DNA from: Candidatus Omnitrophota bacterium
GTDB lineage: Bacteria; Omnitrophota; Gorgyraeia; Gygaellales; Profunditerraquicolaceae
DNA: 64,000 bases
Assembly (NCBI GenBank): GCA_026387355.1
Contig: JAPLLW010000008.1
Location: forward strand, 1,016-65,015
Reading direction: 5' to 3'
Below are positions 1 to 9,908 of this stretch, in pieces (the first letter of the stretch is position 1; each line of letters starts with the position of its first letter). Under the pieces are notes generated by a model. The model saw only the letters and a program-made list of their open reading frames with translations. It did no database searches and was not told where the DNA came from. The position numbers and the translations under genes were made by a program.

Positions 1-274
1 ATATATAGTTTTAATCTATCCAATAGGTTCATTCCTTTCATACGTCTATGCCCATTGTTCATTTAATCCCTCATATAAAATAGTTTTAGTAAATAACCTT
101 GTTTAATCTGAGCTTAAGCCGCTTAAGTCCACATTATAGGCCTTAACGCAAAGGATTAAATTTAGTCATAAAGTTCAAAAAAATATTCATTTTTTGATAT
201 TTTAAGGTATAATTAAATATAGCTCTTGCGTTGGCCTACTCAAGAATGATACTTAATCAAAAGAGGATATAAAG

Positions 275-2419
275 TTGCCAGCCGAAATAATAGAAAACCT
301 TGAACAGCAGATAGATATAGCTCTTTATCTGCGAATATTAAATAAAAGAAAAAACCAAATACTCTTAATTGCCGCACTTTTTACTTCCCTCGCAGTTTTA
401 CACTCATTTATCGCCAAGCCGATATACAGAGCTGAGACCAAAATTCTAATTCAGAAGAAGACGCCTAGGGCTAGTACTCTTCAAGACGCTGTAAGTGGGC
501 AGCCCTCTTCTTACGGCGCAGATTCCCAGTATGATTTCGAGTTTCTCCTAACCCAAATATCTATATTAAAAAGCAGTATTTTGGCCAAAAGGGTTGTTGA
601 TGTTATGGATTTTGCTAATCGGGCTAAATTACCCAGTAATTGTAATTCCACGGAAGTGCTTCAGAAGATGATGAATGCGGAAAACCCCAGAAAGACTTAT
701 GTAGTTAAATTATCAATAGAATCAACAGACCCCATTCTTGCTGCAGATGTAGCCAATAATTATACCAATGAGTATATTAAATTTGTTTTAAAAGAAAAAT
801 CCGCTGTTTCGGACAAGGCCTTAGGTATGCTTCAACAGCGTAGAGATGAACTTAGGAAGAAACTAGAAGAATCAGAATTGGAGCTTCAGAAATATGGGGC
901 AGAAAACAAGATAACCTCTTTTGAGGAAGAAAAACAAGATCAGATAAAAAGGATCTCTAATTTAAATGCGGATTTGACAGAGGCAAGGTCTAAAAGGCTA
1001 GAGTTGGAAGCGCTTTATAACAAATATCAGCGTTTGATTAATGATGGGGTGAGCCTGGAAGAATTGCCTTTAGTTAAAGATAACCCGGGTATCCAAGAAC
1101 TCAAATCAGATTATTTTAAGAAAGAAGCAATTTATACAGAAAATCTTCAGAAATTTACTGAAGATCATCCGATAATGGTTCAGCTTAAAACGGAACTCAG
1201 TAATTTAAGGGGAAGAATCAGGCAGCAGATTATTAAGGCTATAGAAGGGATTAAATCTGAATATGAAACATCTGCCTCGCGCGAAGAGGGATTAAGTAAG
1301 GCCTTAGAGGAAGAAAAAAAACTTAGTTGGGAGATTAACGATAAGACGGTAAAGTTGGAAGATTTACAAAGAGAAGTAAATGCAGATCGCGAGCTTTATA
1401 CTGATTTGGTGCAAAAGATGAAGGAGGTAGATTTAGGCAGCGAGTTTCTCATAAGCAGTATAACTGTATTAGATAAGGCAGAAGTTCCTTCTAGGCCGAT
1501 AAAACCTAAGAAATTAAGAGATATAATTTTGGCTTTATTCTTTGGTATTTCCGGGGGCATCGCGCTGGCATTTTCTCTAGAAAGAATTGACCTTTCTGTG
1601 AGAACCAGCGAAGATATAGATAATTATCTGGGATTACCATTCCTGGGATTCATCCCCGCATTAAATTTTAACAATAATATTGCTGAGAACCGGCTGATTA
1701 TTTATTCGGATTCCCAGTCAAGCGCCTCGGAAGCCCTGCGTAGCATCCGTGCGAATATTAACTTTATCTTCTCCGGCCAACCTAAGCCGCTTGCCTTTTT
1801 AATTTCATCAAGCTTTCCTCAAGAAGGAAAGAGCTTTAGCGCCGTGAATATAGCTATTGCTATGGCCAGTGCTAATGAAAAAGTTTTATTAGTTGATTGT
1901 GATTTACGCAGGCCGACCCTACATAAAATTTTAGAAGTCGATAATGGAGTCGGACTCACCGATTATTTATCTAAATCAGCTAAGTTGGAGCAGGTTATTC
2001 AAAATACAATTGTGGATAATTTATCAGTAGTTACCTGCGGTAAGCTTCCGAATAATCCCGTTGAGCTTCTTGAGTCGGAGGTGATGAAAAGGTTTATTGA
2101 AGAAGCAAAAAATAGTTATTTCCGTGTTATTATTGATTCGGCTCCGATTCTTTCGGTCACCGATTCGCTTATTTTATCCCACTTGGTCGATGGTGTCATT
2201 TTTGTGATCCGAAGCGGTAAGACTCCGTGCGGGATAGTCGTGGATGTAAAGAAGAAACTGTTGAACGCAAGTGCGAAAATTACAGGAGTAGTATTAAACA
2301 GGATCAATATGGAAAAAGAAAGCTACTACTATAATTATTATCAATATGAATCTGAAAAAAAAGATGGCCAGCATACTCATAAGCATAAAAAAAGTAGAAA
2401 TAGGCTTTCTGAGGACTAA
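275..2419 (+). CDS. Wzc-like polysaccharide co-polymerase / bacterial tyrosine autokinase (BY-kinase, PCP-2a type)
   Basis: TTG start at 275 with RBS aagagga at 261-267. N-terminal Wzz-like TM plus long coiled-coil periplasmic region, second TM, then C-terminal P-loop ATPase with Walker A 'PQEGKS', 'VLLVDCDLRRP', Walker B-like 'VIIDSAP', and Tyr-rich tail 'YYYNYYQY'. Confidence 0.85.
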   Translation: MPAEIIENLEQQIDIALYLRILNKRKNQILLIAALFTSLAVLHSFIAKPIYRAETKILIQKKTPRASTLQDAVSGQPSSYGADSQYDFEFLLTQISILKSSILAKRVVDVMDFANRAKLPSNCNSTEVLQKMMNAENPRKTYVVKLSIESTDPILAADVANNYTNEYIKFVLKEKSAVSDKALGMLQQRRDELRKKLEESELELQKYGAENKITSFEEEKQDQIKRISNLNADLTEARSKRLELEALYNKYQRLINDGVSLEELPLVKDNPGIQELKSDYFKKEAIYTENLQKFTEDHPIMVQLKTELSNLRGRIRQQIIKAIEGIKSEYETSASREEGLSKALEEEKKLSWEINDKTVKLEDLQREVNADRELYTDLVQKMKEVDLGSEFLISSITVLDKAEVPSRPIKPKKLRDIILALFFGISGGIALAFSLERIDLSVRTSEDIDNYLGLPFLGFIPALNFNNNIAENRLIIYSDSQSSASEALRSIRANINFIFSGQPKPLAFLISSSFPQEGKSFSAVNIAIAMASANEKVLLVDCDLRRPTLHKILEVDNGVGLTDYLSKSAKLEQVIQNTIVDNLSVVTCGKLPNNPVELLESEVMKRFIEEAKNSYFRVIIDSAPILSVTDSLILSHLVDGVIFVIRSGKTPCGIVVDVKKKLLNASAKITGVVLNRINMEKESYYYNYYQYESEKKDGQHTHKHKKSRNRLSED

Positions 2420-2557
2420 GGCCTTTTTTAATCCGGGATTCCGATTTGTTAAAAGATAATGAATTTCTAGATTTTGGTCAATTAGCTGCGTATCTTTTAC
2501 CGTTAAAAACCTTCCACGCCTTGCAAATAAGATTTATATACCCTAGAAGGAGGAAAA

Positions 2558-2938
2558 ATGTTCTTTAAAAAGTCTGATCCTACAGATAAAAGGGTACACA
2601 AAAGGTTAAAGGCTCGCCTTCTGGTTAAGTATCACCTCAAAGATGGTATGTCTGAGAATGTGGTAACCAATTTAAAGAATATTAGCGTTGGGGGCGTATC
2701 TTTTGCTACCGGAATTTCAGTAACAAAGAACAGTTTCTTAGAATTAGAGATATTATTTTTGCCCGAGGGATATCTTTTGAAAACTAAGGGAAAGGTTGTT
2801 TGGGTAAACTTGATAGCTAGGAGTAAGCAGTATCTGTTAGGAATCGAATTTGAGGGATTATCCGAGCAGGATAAAGAATTATTGAATCGGTACATTAACG
2901 AGGCCCTAAAATTTAATAGCAAAAAGAACTTTAAATAA
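2558..2938 (+). CDS. PilZ-domain (c-di-GMP receptor) protein
   Basis: 'KRVHKRLKAR' (RxxxR-type) followed by 'NISVGGVSF' (D/NxSxGG) PilZ signature; about 125 aa; immediately downstream of the Wzc-like gene. Confidence 0.7.
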   Translation: MFFKKSDPTDKRVHKRLKARLLVKYHLKDGMSENVVTNLKNISVGGVSFATGISVTKNSFLELEILFLPEGYLLKTKGKVVWVNLIARSKQYLLGIEFEGLSEQDKELLNRYINEALKFNSKKNFK

Positions 2939-2953
2939 GCTCTTATGTAAAGA

Positions 2954-4327
2954 ATGAACACTATAAAGTTATTAATTTTTATCATTTTTTTAGTTGTTAT
3001 GGTTTTAATGGCTTTAAACTCCCCTCTGCCACCTGCTTTAAGCTTGCTTACCATTTCGCTGTTACTTGCGGCTTTGATCTTAGTAATGATGATAAGCGTA
3101 GAACTTCCCATTGCTATCTTGATTCTTGCTATGCTTTTTTCTCCGGAAATAAGCGTTGGGGCAACCGTCTCAAGAGGGATAATTATACGTTTTGATGATA
3201 TCTTCATAATCCTTATTTTTATTATTTGGTTATTCAAAATGGCGGTTAATAAGCAATTAGGCCTCTTGAGACATACCTCGATTAATCTTCCCATTTGGAC
3301 ATATATTTTTATCTGTATTCTTTCTTCGATTAGTGCTTTTTACAACGGTATTGCGCAAAATCGCATTCTTTCAGGGGCATTTTTCATCTTAAAGTACTTG
3401 GAATATTTCTGTGTTTATTTTTTCGTACTCAACAACATAAAGACAGAGAAGCAGCTTAAACTCTTCTACAGTTTTCTTATGTTTACGTATCTGGCAGTAT
3501 GCGTTTATGGCTATATGCAGATTTTTACTTTTTTGCCTTCGGCAGAATCAGGCGCATTTAGGATAACCGCGCCTTTTGAGGGCAAGCCAGGAGAGCCAAA
3601 CACATTATCAGCATATTTAATGCTCTTAATGTCGCTTGCCCTGGGGGGTTTTCTTTATGAGAATAAGTATAGACTTAAGTTAACCTATCTAGCATTATTC
3701 CTATTGGGTATTTATCCGCTTTGCTATACGTTATCGCGTTCCGGGTATATGGGTTTCTTGACAATGTGCGTGGCTACGTTATTAATCGCTAGAAAAAAGA
3801 TTGTTTTTCTACTACCGGTCATCGTTATTCTTACGATGCTATTGTCGTATAATTTACCGGTCCAGGTAAAAAATAGAATTTCAGCTACTTTTGTTGGTAA
3901 GAAATATTCAGTTGGAGATGTTTCTATTGAGATTGATGGTTCGGCTAGGGAAAGAGTCACCAGCTACAAAGATGTGTTGGAGAAGAGGTATCCTTTGCAC
4001 CCGTTTTTAGGGACCGGCACCGCTTCGACCTTTATAGATGGACAATATTTTTCGGTATTAGCAGAGAATGGTTTATTCGGTTTGTTGGCTTTTTTTTGGA
4101 TTATCTTGGCTATTTTTGGTATTTGCAGAAAAAACTTAATTTTATTAAAAAAGGATAATTTCTCTCAGGGGTTAATCAGGGGTTTTTTGGCCGGCTTTAT
4201 TGGGTTATTAGTACATGCTTTGAGCGCAAATACTTTTATTTTGATACGGATTATGGAGCCATTCTGGTTTATAGTAGCTCTAATTGCTGCTTTACCTTTA
4301 GCTTTAGAGAAGAAAGTTAGTGTATAA
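2954..4327 (+). CDS. Wzy-like polysaccharide polymerase / O-antigen ligase family membrane protein
   Basis: About 11 predicted TM helices with a large periplasmic loop near the C-terminus; lies between Wzc and Wzx homologues. Confidence 0.55.
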   Translation: MNTIKLLIFIIFLVVMVLMALNSPLPPALSLLTISLLLAALILVMMISVELPIAILILAMLFSPEISVGATVSRGIIIRFDDIFIILIFIIWLFKMAVNKQLGLLRHTSINLPIWTYIFICILSSISAFYNGIAQNRILSGAFFILKYLEYFCVYFFVLNNIKTEKQLKLFYSFLMFTYLAVCVYGYMQIFTFLPSAESGAFRITAPFEGKPGEPNTLSAYLMLLMSLALGGFLYENKYRLKLTYLALFLLGIYPLCYTLSRSGYMGFLTMCVATLLIARKKIVFLLPVIVILTMLLSYNLPVQVKNRISATFVGKKYSVGDVSIEIDGSARERVTSYKDVLEKRYPLHPFLGTGTASTFIDGQYFSVLAENGLFGLLAFFWIILAIFGICRKNLILLKKDNFSQGLIRGFLAGFIGLLVHALSANTFILIRIMEPFWFIVALIAALPLALEKKVSV

Positions 4328-4333
4328 TAATCA

Positions 4334-5893
4334 ATGTCAGAAGAAAAAGAAAAATTAAGCTTTTCCCATGCAATGATTAGAAATACTACCTGGAATTTGT
4401 TCGGGCAGGGGTGTTTATTTCTTGTCGTTTTCTTTTCCACGCCATTTATCATTCGTACCTTGGGGGTAAATCTATACGGCATTTATGCTTTTGTCAGCGT
4501 AATTATAGGATATTTTTCCTTTCTCCAGCTGGGTCTGGGAGCGGCTTCAATAAAATACATATCTCAATATCTCGCGGCTAAAGAAGAAGAAAAAATAAGG
4601 AGTATATTCTGGGTATGCCTATTCACCAATATCTTTTTGGGGCTGGTAGGGATGGGAATAATCTTTTTGTCTGCTCCGTTCTTAGTGGGGAGGTTTTTAA
4701 AAATGCCCCAGGAGTTAAAAGAAACTTGTATCTTTGTTTTAAAAGCGGGATCGTTTGGATTCCTGATTGCTTTGATCCAAAGTGCGGTAGCTGGGGCAAT
4801 TCAGGCAGCGGGAAGATTCGATACACTAAATCGCGTAAGTGTTCTATTCGGCACGCTTCAGGCCCTCACGGCAGTCGCTATCTTAAAAATGGGTTTTTCA
4901 ATAAAAGGAATGATTATCTCAAACCTAGTAGTTAGTGCCGTAGCTGTGTATGTCTATTGGCTAAATACAAAAAAGATCTATCCGTTTCTAAGGAATCCGT
5001 TTTGGGATGGGAAAGCGTTAATTAAGCTATTCAAGTTTGGAAGCTTTGTTACCGTCTCTTCCGTGGTCAACCCGATATTACTCAATATCGAGAAAATTAT
5101 TTTGACCTCAATGCGCTCCGTAGCCAGCCTTGCTTATTATTCCGTACCATTTTCGCTGGTAGATAGGTTGACTATGATAAGGTCATCTTTTTCAGCTGTA
5201 TTATTTCCTGCTTTCAGCTCTTTGCAGGATTCTTATGAAGCCAAAAAAAGCGAAGTAAATAAAGACCTGCATTTTAGAAGTACCCTGTATATAATTTTTT
5301 TATACTCATTCTTCGCGTTGTTCTTTTTATACTTCGGTAAGGATTTTCTTAAGGTATGGTTAGGCAGTGATTTTGCAAATAATTCTACTAAGGCCCTAGT
5401 TATTTTAGCTTTCGCCGGACTAATTAACGCTTGCGCCGCTCCTTCGATGAATGCGCTTCAGGGGATGGACAGGCCGCATTTACCAGCTATATTCCACGTT
5501 TTTGAAACCGTATTGTATATACCTTTAGCTCTTATTTTAATTTATAAATTTGGCACAACTGGAGCAGCTCTGGCTTGGTTTCTACGTGTTTTATTAGACA
5601 TGCTACTTTTACATAAAGCTTCCTGTGATTTATTAGGAGAAAATATCTTTGTTTGGTATGCGAATATTCTTCGCCGAGCCCTGTCGCCAATACTATTTTC
5701 CGGCCTGTTGTTTTGGTGGCTTGAGAGCCTTAGACTACCTTTATTAAGTCCGTTAACCATCAGTCTTATCATTTGTGTTTTTATCCTTTATGTTTTTATG
5801 GTATGGAGGTGGGGGATGGATAATTTTGACAGAGTAAAAATATCGGATTTTTTAAACATTTATTTAAATAAGTTAATCCTGCGGAGGTCTTAA
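4334..5893 (+). CDS. Wzx-like polysaccharide flippase (MOP/MATE superfamily)
   Basis: About 14 TM helices with a Polysacc_synt-type N-terminus ('TTWNLFGQGCLFLVVFFSTPFIIRTLG'). Confidence 0.6.
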   Translation: MSEEKEKLSFSHAMIRNTTWNLFGQGCLFLVVFFSTPFIIRTLGVNLYGIYAFVSVIIGYFSFLQLGLGAASIKYISQYLAAKEEEKIRSIFWVCLFTNIFLGLVGMGIIFLSAPFLVGRFLKMPQELKETCIFVLKAGSFGFLIALIQSAVAGAIQAAGRFDTLNRVSVLFGTLQALTAVAILKMGFSIKGMIISNLVVSAVAVYVYWLNTKKIYPFLRNPFWDGKALIKLFKFGSFVTVSSVVNPILLNIEKIILTSMRSVASLAYYSVPFSLVDRLTMIRSSFSAVLFPAFSSLQDSYEAKKSEVNKDLHFRSTLYIIFLYSFFALFFLYFGKDFLKVWLGSDFANNSTKALVILAFAGLINACAAPSMNALQGMDRPHLPAIFHVFETVLYIPLALILIYKFGTTGAALAWFLRVLLDMLLLHKASCDLLGENIFVWYANILRRALSPILFSGLLFWWLESLRLPLLSPLTISLIICVFILYVFMVWRWGMDNFDRVKISDFLNIYLNKLILRRS

Positions 5894-6498
5894 TGAAGAG
5901 CGGAGGTTTGAGAAAATATATTAAATTAAAGATAAAAAAATGTTTTTGTATGTTTAAGGGGATTGGTAGTTCTAGGGATGGCGCGTATGTGTCTATATCG
6001 ACGGATTTGAAGAATCCTAGGTGTATCGTATTGGGCGAAGGAGCTGTTTTAGAAAAGCGTGCAAGGCTTTATGCAAACGGAAAGAATTCCCGGGTAGAGA
6101 TTGGAGACTATACTACGATTCTCCCTTTTGCGCTTCTTAAGGCAAATGGCGGAACAATCAAGCTGGGTAAGAGGTGTACTGTTAATGATTATGTCGTACT
6201 TAATGGTCTCGGAGGGATAAATATAGGAGACGATGTTCATATTGCTTCCCATGTAGCTATAGTGGCATCGGAGCACAGGATTGAGAAATTGGGAACCCCA
6301 TATTTTAGCAAGGATATGCAGGGTCAGGGGATTAAGATAGAAAATAGTGTTTGGATTGGAGCAAATGCCGTTATTTTAGACGGAGTTACAATTGGCGCGA
6401 TGTCTGTAATTGGGGCGGGGGCGGTTGTTACTAAAGATATACCTCCTCATTCACTGGCGGTAGGTGTTCCGGCAAGAGTAATTAAGCAATTAGGTTGA
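5893..6498 (+). CDS. Hexapeptide-repeat (left-handed beta-helix) sugar O-acetyltransferase
   Basis: Repeated [LIV]G-x4 hexapeptides: 'IGANAVILDGVTIGAMSVIGAGAVVTKDIPPHSLAVGVPARVI'. Confidence 0.75.
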   Translation: MKSGGLRKYIKLKIKKCFCMFKGIGSSRDGAYVSISTDLKNPRCIVLGEGAVLEKRARLYANGKNSRVEIGDYTTILPFALLKANGGTIKLGKRCTVNDYVVLNGLGGINIGDDVHIASHVAIVASEHRIEKLGTPYFSKDMQGQGIKIENSVWIGANAVILDGVTIGAMSVIGAGAVVTKDIPPHSLAVGVPARVIKQLG

Positions 6499-6504
6499 TT
6501 TAAC

Positions 6505-7587
6505 ATGAGAATCATTTTAGCTACACCTCAGGATAAAACAGTATTGGGCGTAATCGGTTCTTATTGTAAGGCGGCACTCCAGGCTCAAGGAAATGAAGTA
6601 TCGGTTTTTGATTTCCGGAAAGAGTTTTATGCAAAGAGCACATTAATGCAGCGCTTAAAATCGGCAGTCAGATCTGCTCTTCCTTTCCTGCCTTCTTTGC
6701 GCGAATTACCAGCGGTAAAATTGGTAATAGATGATAAGGTCAACCGAATGCTGCTGGATCGTTCTGTAAAATTCAAGCCGGATATATTACTGGTACTTTG
6801 CGGTGAGAACATATCTCTTGATACCCTGATTAAGATAAAGAATGTATCAGGCACATTTACAGTTAACTGGTTTTACGATACCTTAATCTCTCCGCATAGA
6901 GAAAGTTTAGTGAGATCAGTGCTGCCTTGTTACGATTATTTGTTTATAGTGGATTCTCTCGGTGTGTTAAAGCGAATAAAAGCAGACTTTAATAAAGTCG
7001 CTACCCTGCCTTTGGCCTGTGAACCCTTGGTGCACAAGCGCGTAGTTTTATCGGATAAAGAAGCTAGGATATACGGCAGTGATGTTGCTTTCGTTGGGAC
7101 AGTAACCCCGGAACGCGAAAAGATATTAGAAGAATTAAGCGGGTTTAACCTCAAGATTTGGGGGCGCTGGAGCCGTAAATCTGCTTGCTTAAATAGTTGT
7201 TACCAAAAGAAAGATGTATATGCAGAGGAAGCAGTTAAGATCTATAACTCTTCTAAAATAATACTTGATGTTCATTCGCTTTTCGGAAGAGAGAAAGAAA
7301 TCTATAATGTTACCCCGCGATTATTTGAGGTCCCTGCATCAGGAGCATTTTTATTAACAAACTATGTTTCTCAAGTGAGCGATTTTTATAAGATTGGTGA
7401 AGAAATTATCACCTATGGAGATGTAAATGAGTTAAAGAACCAGGTTTCTTATTATCTAAAGCATCCCGATGAACGGATAAACATAGCCGAAAGAGGCTAT
7501 CAGAGGGCGCATAAAGAGCATACTTACGCAAATCGCGTGACAAAGCTTCTGGAGACCGTAAAAAATATGTACACGAGTATTAACTAA
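6505..7587 (+). CDS. CgeB-like / GT1-like glycosyltransferase-family protein
   Basis: C-terminal region 'LFEVPASGAFLLTNY...GDVNELKNQVSYYLKHPDERINIAERGYQRAHKEHTY' resembles the C-terminal domain of CgeB/DUF3880 GT1-like proteins. Confidence 0.4.
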   Translation: MRIILATPQDKTVLGVIGSYCKAALQAQGNEVSVFDFRKEFYAKSTLMQRLKSAVRSALPFLPSLRELPAVKLVIDDKVNRMLLDRSVKFKPDILLVLCGENISLDTLIKIKNVSGTFTVNWFYDTLISPHRESLVRSVLPCYDYLFIVDSLGVLKRIKADFNKVATLPLACEPLVHKRVVLSDKEARIYGSDVAFVGTVTPEREKILEELSGFNLKIWGRWSRKSACLNSCYQKKDVYAEEAVKIYNSSKIILDVHSLFGREKEIYNVTPRLFEVPASGAFLLTNYVSQVSDFYKIGEEIITYGDVNELKNQVSYYLKHPDERINIAERGYQRAHKEHTYANRVTKLLETVKNMYTSIN

Positions 7588-8738
7588 TGAGTAAAATTAA
7601 TATTTTGTACTTGCATGAAGCATCTGAAGTAGCAGGGGCGGAGAATAGCCTGATTAACTTAACAGCTAAGCTGAGCCGCTTGGAGTTTAATCCGATATTT
7701 ATCTTACCCAAAGATGGACCACTATGCACAGAACTAAAGAAATTAGGCGTAGAGGTTAATTTTATTTCATTTCCTAAGATAAGAGAATTACGTGGTGTCT
7801 TAAAGAGCATTAAGCACATTTTTCAGCTGATCAATAAAAAAGGAATTGATATTATTCATTCAAATAGCATTCGTACTCATATTTATGGAGCCATAGCCGC
7901 GAAGCTTAAGAAAATACCTATTATCTGGCATCAGAGGAACTTAATTACTGATGAAAAGATCGATCTGGATAGGTTGCTATCTTTTATGCCGGATAAGATT
8001 ATTTGTAATTCTTTCGCTATAGCCAGGCGTTTTCTAAGAAGAAAAAGCCTTCCATGTAAGGTAGCGGTAATCCATAACGGGGTTGATACAGATAAATTTA
8101 ATTCCGTCATAGATGGTAAAAGTATACGTAATGAGTTTGGCATTAAGGATGATGAATTTGTTATCGGGATTGCCTCTAGGTTTAACTTTATGAAAGGCCA
8201 TGAAACTTTCTTCCAAGCCGCAAAAATCATACTTAATAAGAAAAACGTTTTTAGGGAGAATTTACGATTCTTGGTAGTTGGGAGTTCAGTTTTTAATGAA
8301 GATAAACCAAGAGAAGATTACCTTAAAAGGCTGATAAAAGAGCTAGGTATTGAAGACAGAGTAATCTTCACCGGGCTTAGGAGCGATATGCCTAAGGCTT
8401 ATGCGTCAATGGACATCTTTGTGTTGGCTACCGAAGCAGAGGCATGCGGCAGGGTAATTCTTGAGGCTATGGCATCAGGTAAGCCTGTGATAGCCACTGA
8501 TTCCGGGGGTAGCCCGGAGATGGTTAAAGACGGCGTTTCGGGGATTTTGTTTAAGCCGCATGATTCTAATGAGTTGGCAGAAAAGCTTTTATTTTTAATT
8601 GAAAATAAGGATCTGGCAAAGAAAATGGGGAGTAATGGGGTAAGGATAATTCAGGAGAGCTTTAGAATTGAAGATAATGTCAAGAAGACTGAAGTAATTT
8701 ACCATGAATTAATGCAAAAATATGATAGATCAAAATAA
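7587..8738 (+). CDS. Glycosyltransferase family 1 (GT4-type, retaining)
   Basis: 'EACGRVILEAMASGKPVIATDSGGSPEMV' E-x7-E-type GT1 C-terminal motif. Confidence 0.8.
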   Translation: MSKINILYLHEASEVAGAENSLINLTAKLSRLEFNPIFILPKDGPLCTELKKLGVEVNFISFPKIRELRGVLKSIKHIFQLINKKGIDIIHSNSIRTHIYGAIAAKLKKIPIIWHQRNLITDEKIDLDRLLSFMPDKIICNSFAIARRFLRRKSLPCKVAVIHNGVDTDKFNSVIDGKSIRNEFGIKDDEFVIGIASRFNFMKGHETFFQAAKIILNKKNVFRENLRFLVVGSSVFNEDKPREDYLKRLIKELGIEDRVIFTGLRSDMPKAYASMDIFVLATEAEACGRVILEAMASGKPVIATDSGGSPEMVKDGVSGILFKPHDSNELAEKLLFLIENKDLAKKMGSNGVRIIQESFRIEDNVKKTEVIYHELMQKYDRSK

Positions 8739-9906
8739 GACGTCTAGAGAAAGATCATTTTATTCGACCAAGTCGTCATGGTTTAAGAGCGCTCTTAAAA
8801 ACTTATATTTTTCCCTAAGAAGCTTGACTCTAACGCTTGTATTCCGAACCAGAAAGGCAGCAATTATCAGACAGGAGGATGTTCTTTCAATTGTAGTTAT
8901 TAGAATCGACAGGATAGGGGATCTGGTGGTTTCTTTTCCGGCGATCAAGGCCTTAAAAGAGATCTTTCCGCGCAGCCGCCTTGCGGTTATGGTTAGGCCT
9001 CAGCTAATGCCTCTCTTAAAGAATACACCCTGGATTGATGAGCGTATATCCTATAACGGTTTCTTGAATTCGATTGCAATTTTGCGTAGGAAGCATTTTT
9101 ACCTCGCAGTAGATTTGTTAATCGACTATCCGCTTAAGACTGCCTGGCTTTGTTTTTTTAGTGGGGCAAGATTAAGATTAGGTTTTGATATAGCCGGTAG
9201 GGGGAGATTGTTTAATCTCAGTCTGCGTCCAAGCCGCAAGGAGCAGAGACTTGGTGAACATACCCTAGAATTAGTTAAGTTCTTGGGAAGTGTTTTAGGT
9301 GTGTCTCAAGAGAAAATTCCTACTTCGGATTCGTGTATCTTGTTTTCTCGGGAAGATAAAGAATTTGCCGAAGAGTTTTTACGTGTTCGGGGGATAAAAA
9401 GTGATGACTTGATAATTGGCATACATCCGGGTGGGCAATTTCCTAGCCAGCATTGGATATTAGGCCGGTTTGCTGCATTAGCCGATGAAATTTACCAAAA
9501 ACATAGGGCAAAGATATTAATCTTGGGAAATTCCAACGAAAAAGAGCTGGTTGACAAGCTCAGTTCATTAATGAAGATAAAGCCAATTTTAACTGTAGGT
9601 CTTTCTTTGAATAAACTCGCCGCAATTATCGCACATTTTGATATACTGGTTTGTAATAATTCAGGGTTGTTGCATATTGCAGCCGCCTTAGAAATACCGA
9701 CTGTATCGACGATGGGTCCGACGCACCCGCAACTCTGGTCACCTAAAGGAGATAACCATATCGTACTAAGAAAAGAATTAGCCTGTAGCCCTTGTAACAG
9801 GCCTGTATGCGCCAGGCATGATTGCATGAAGTTAATTACTGTAGATGAAGTTTTGAGTGGGGTTGAGAACCAGATAAGTAAAATAGAAAATGCTAAAGTC
9901 AGTTAA
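8722..9906 (+). CDS. Glycosyltransferase family 9 (heptosyltransferase-like)
   Basis: 'ILSIVVIRIDRIGDLVVSFPAIKALKEIFP' N-terminus and 'LVCNNSGLLHIAAALEIPTVSTMGPTHP' C-terminus are typical of the RfaF/RfaC/WaaQ family. Confidence 0.7.
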   Translation: MIDQNKTSRERSFYSTKSSWFKSALKNLYFSLRSLTLTLVFRTRKAAIIRQEDVLSIVVIRIDRIGDLVVSFPAIKALKEIFPRSRLAVMVRPQLMPLLKNTPWIDERISYNGFLNSIAILRRKHFYLAVDLLIDYPLKTAWLCFFSGARLRLGFDIAGRGRLFNLSLRPSRKEQRLGEHTLELVKFLGSVLGVSQEKIPTSDSCILFSREDKEFAEEFLRVRGIKSDDLIIGIHPGGQFPSQHWILGRFAALADEIYQKHRAKILILGNSNEKELVDKLSSLMKIKPILTVGLSLNKLAAIIAHFDILVCNNSGLLHIAAALEIPTVSTMGPTHPQLWSPKGDNHIVLRKELACSPCNRPVCARHDCMKLITVDEVLSGVENQISKIENAKVS

Positions 9907-9908
9907 GG

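Noticed and set aside
2420-2557. Possible intrinsic terminator after the first Wzc gene ('aaggccttttttaat')
   Set aside because: The GC stem is only about 3 bp, self-complementary, and without a loop, which is too weak to call. No convincing stem-plus-U-tract terminator was found by eye elsewhere in the window.
2632-3294. 220-aa minus-strand ORF overlapping the PilZ and Wzy-like genes
   Set aside because: It is antisense to two well-supported + strand genes, has low-complexity Ile/Lys-rich composition typical of AT-rich antisense frames, and has no motif or RBS. The same reasoning applies to the other short minus-strand ORFs in the track that sit inside + strand genes (e.g. 3724-3960, 9492-9827, 13929-14264, 31494-32045, 33932-34339, 43160-43585, 51043-51435).
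4615-4935. 106-aa + strand ORF in an alternative frame inside the Wzx-like gene
   Set aside because: It is fully contained in a longer, TM-rich ORF with consistent topology, so it is a frame-shadow ORF.
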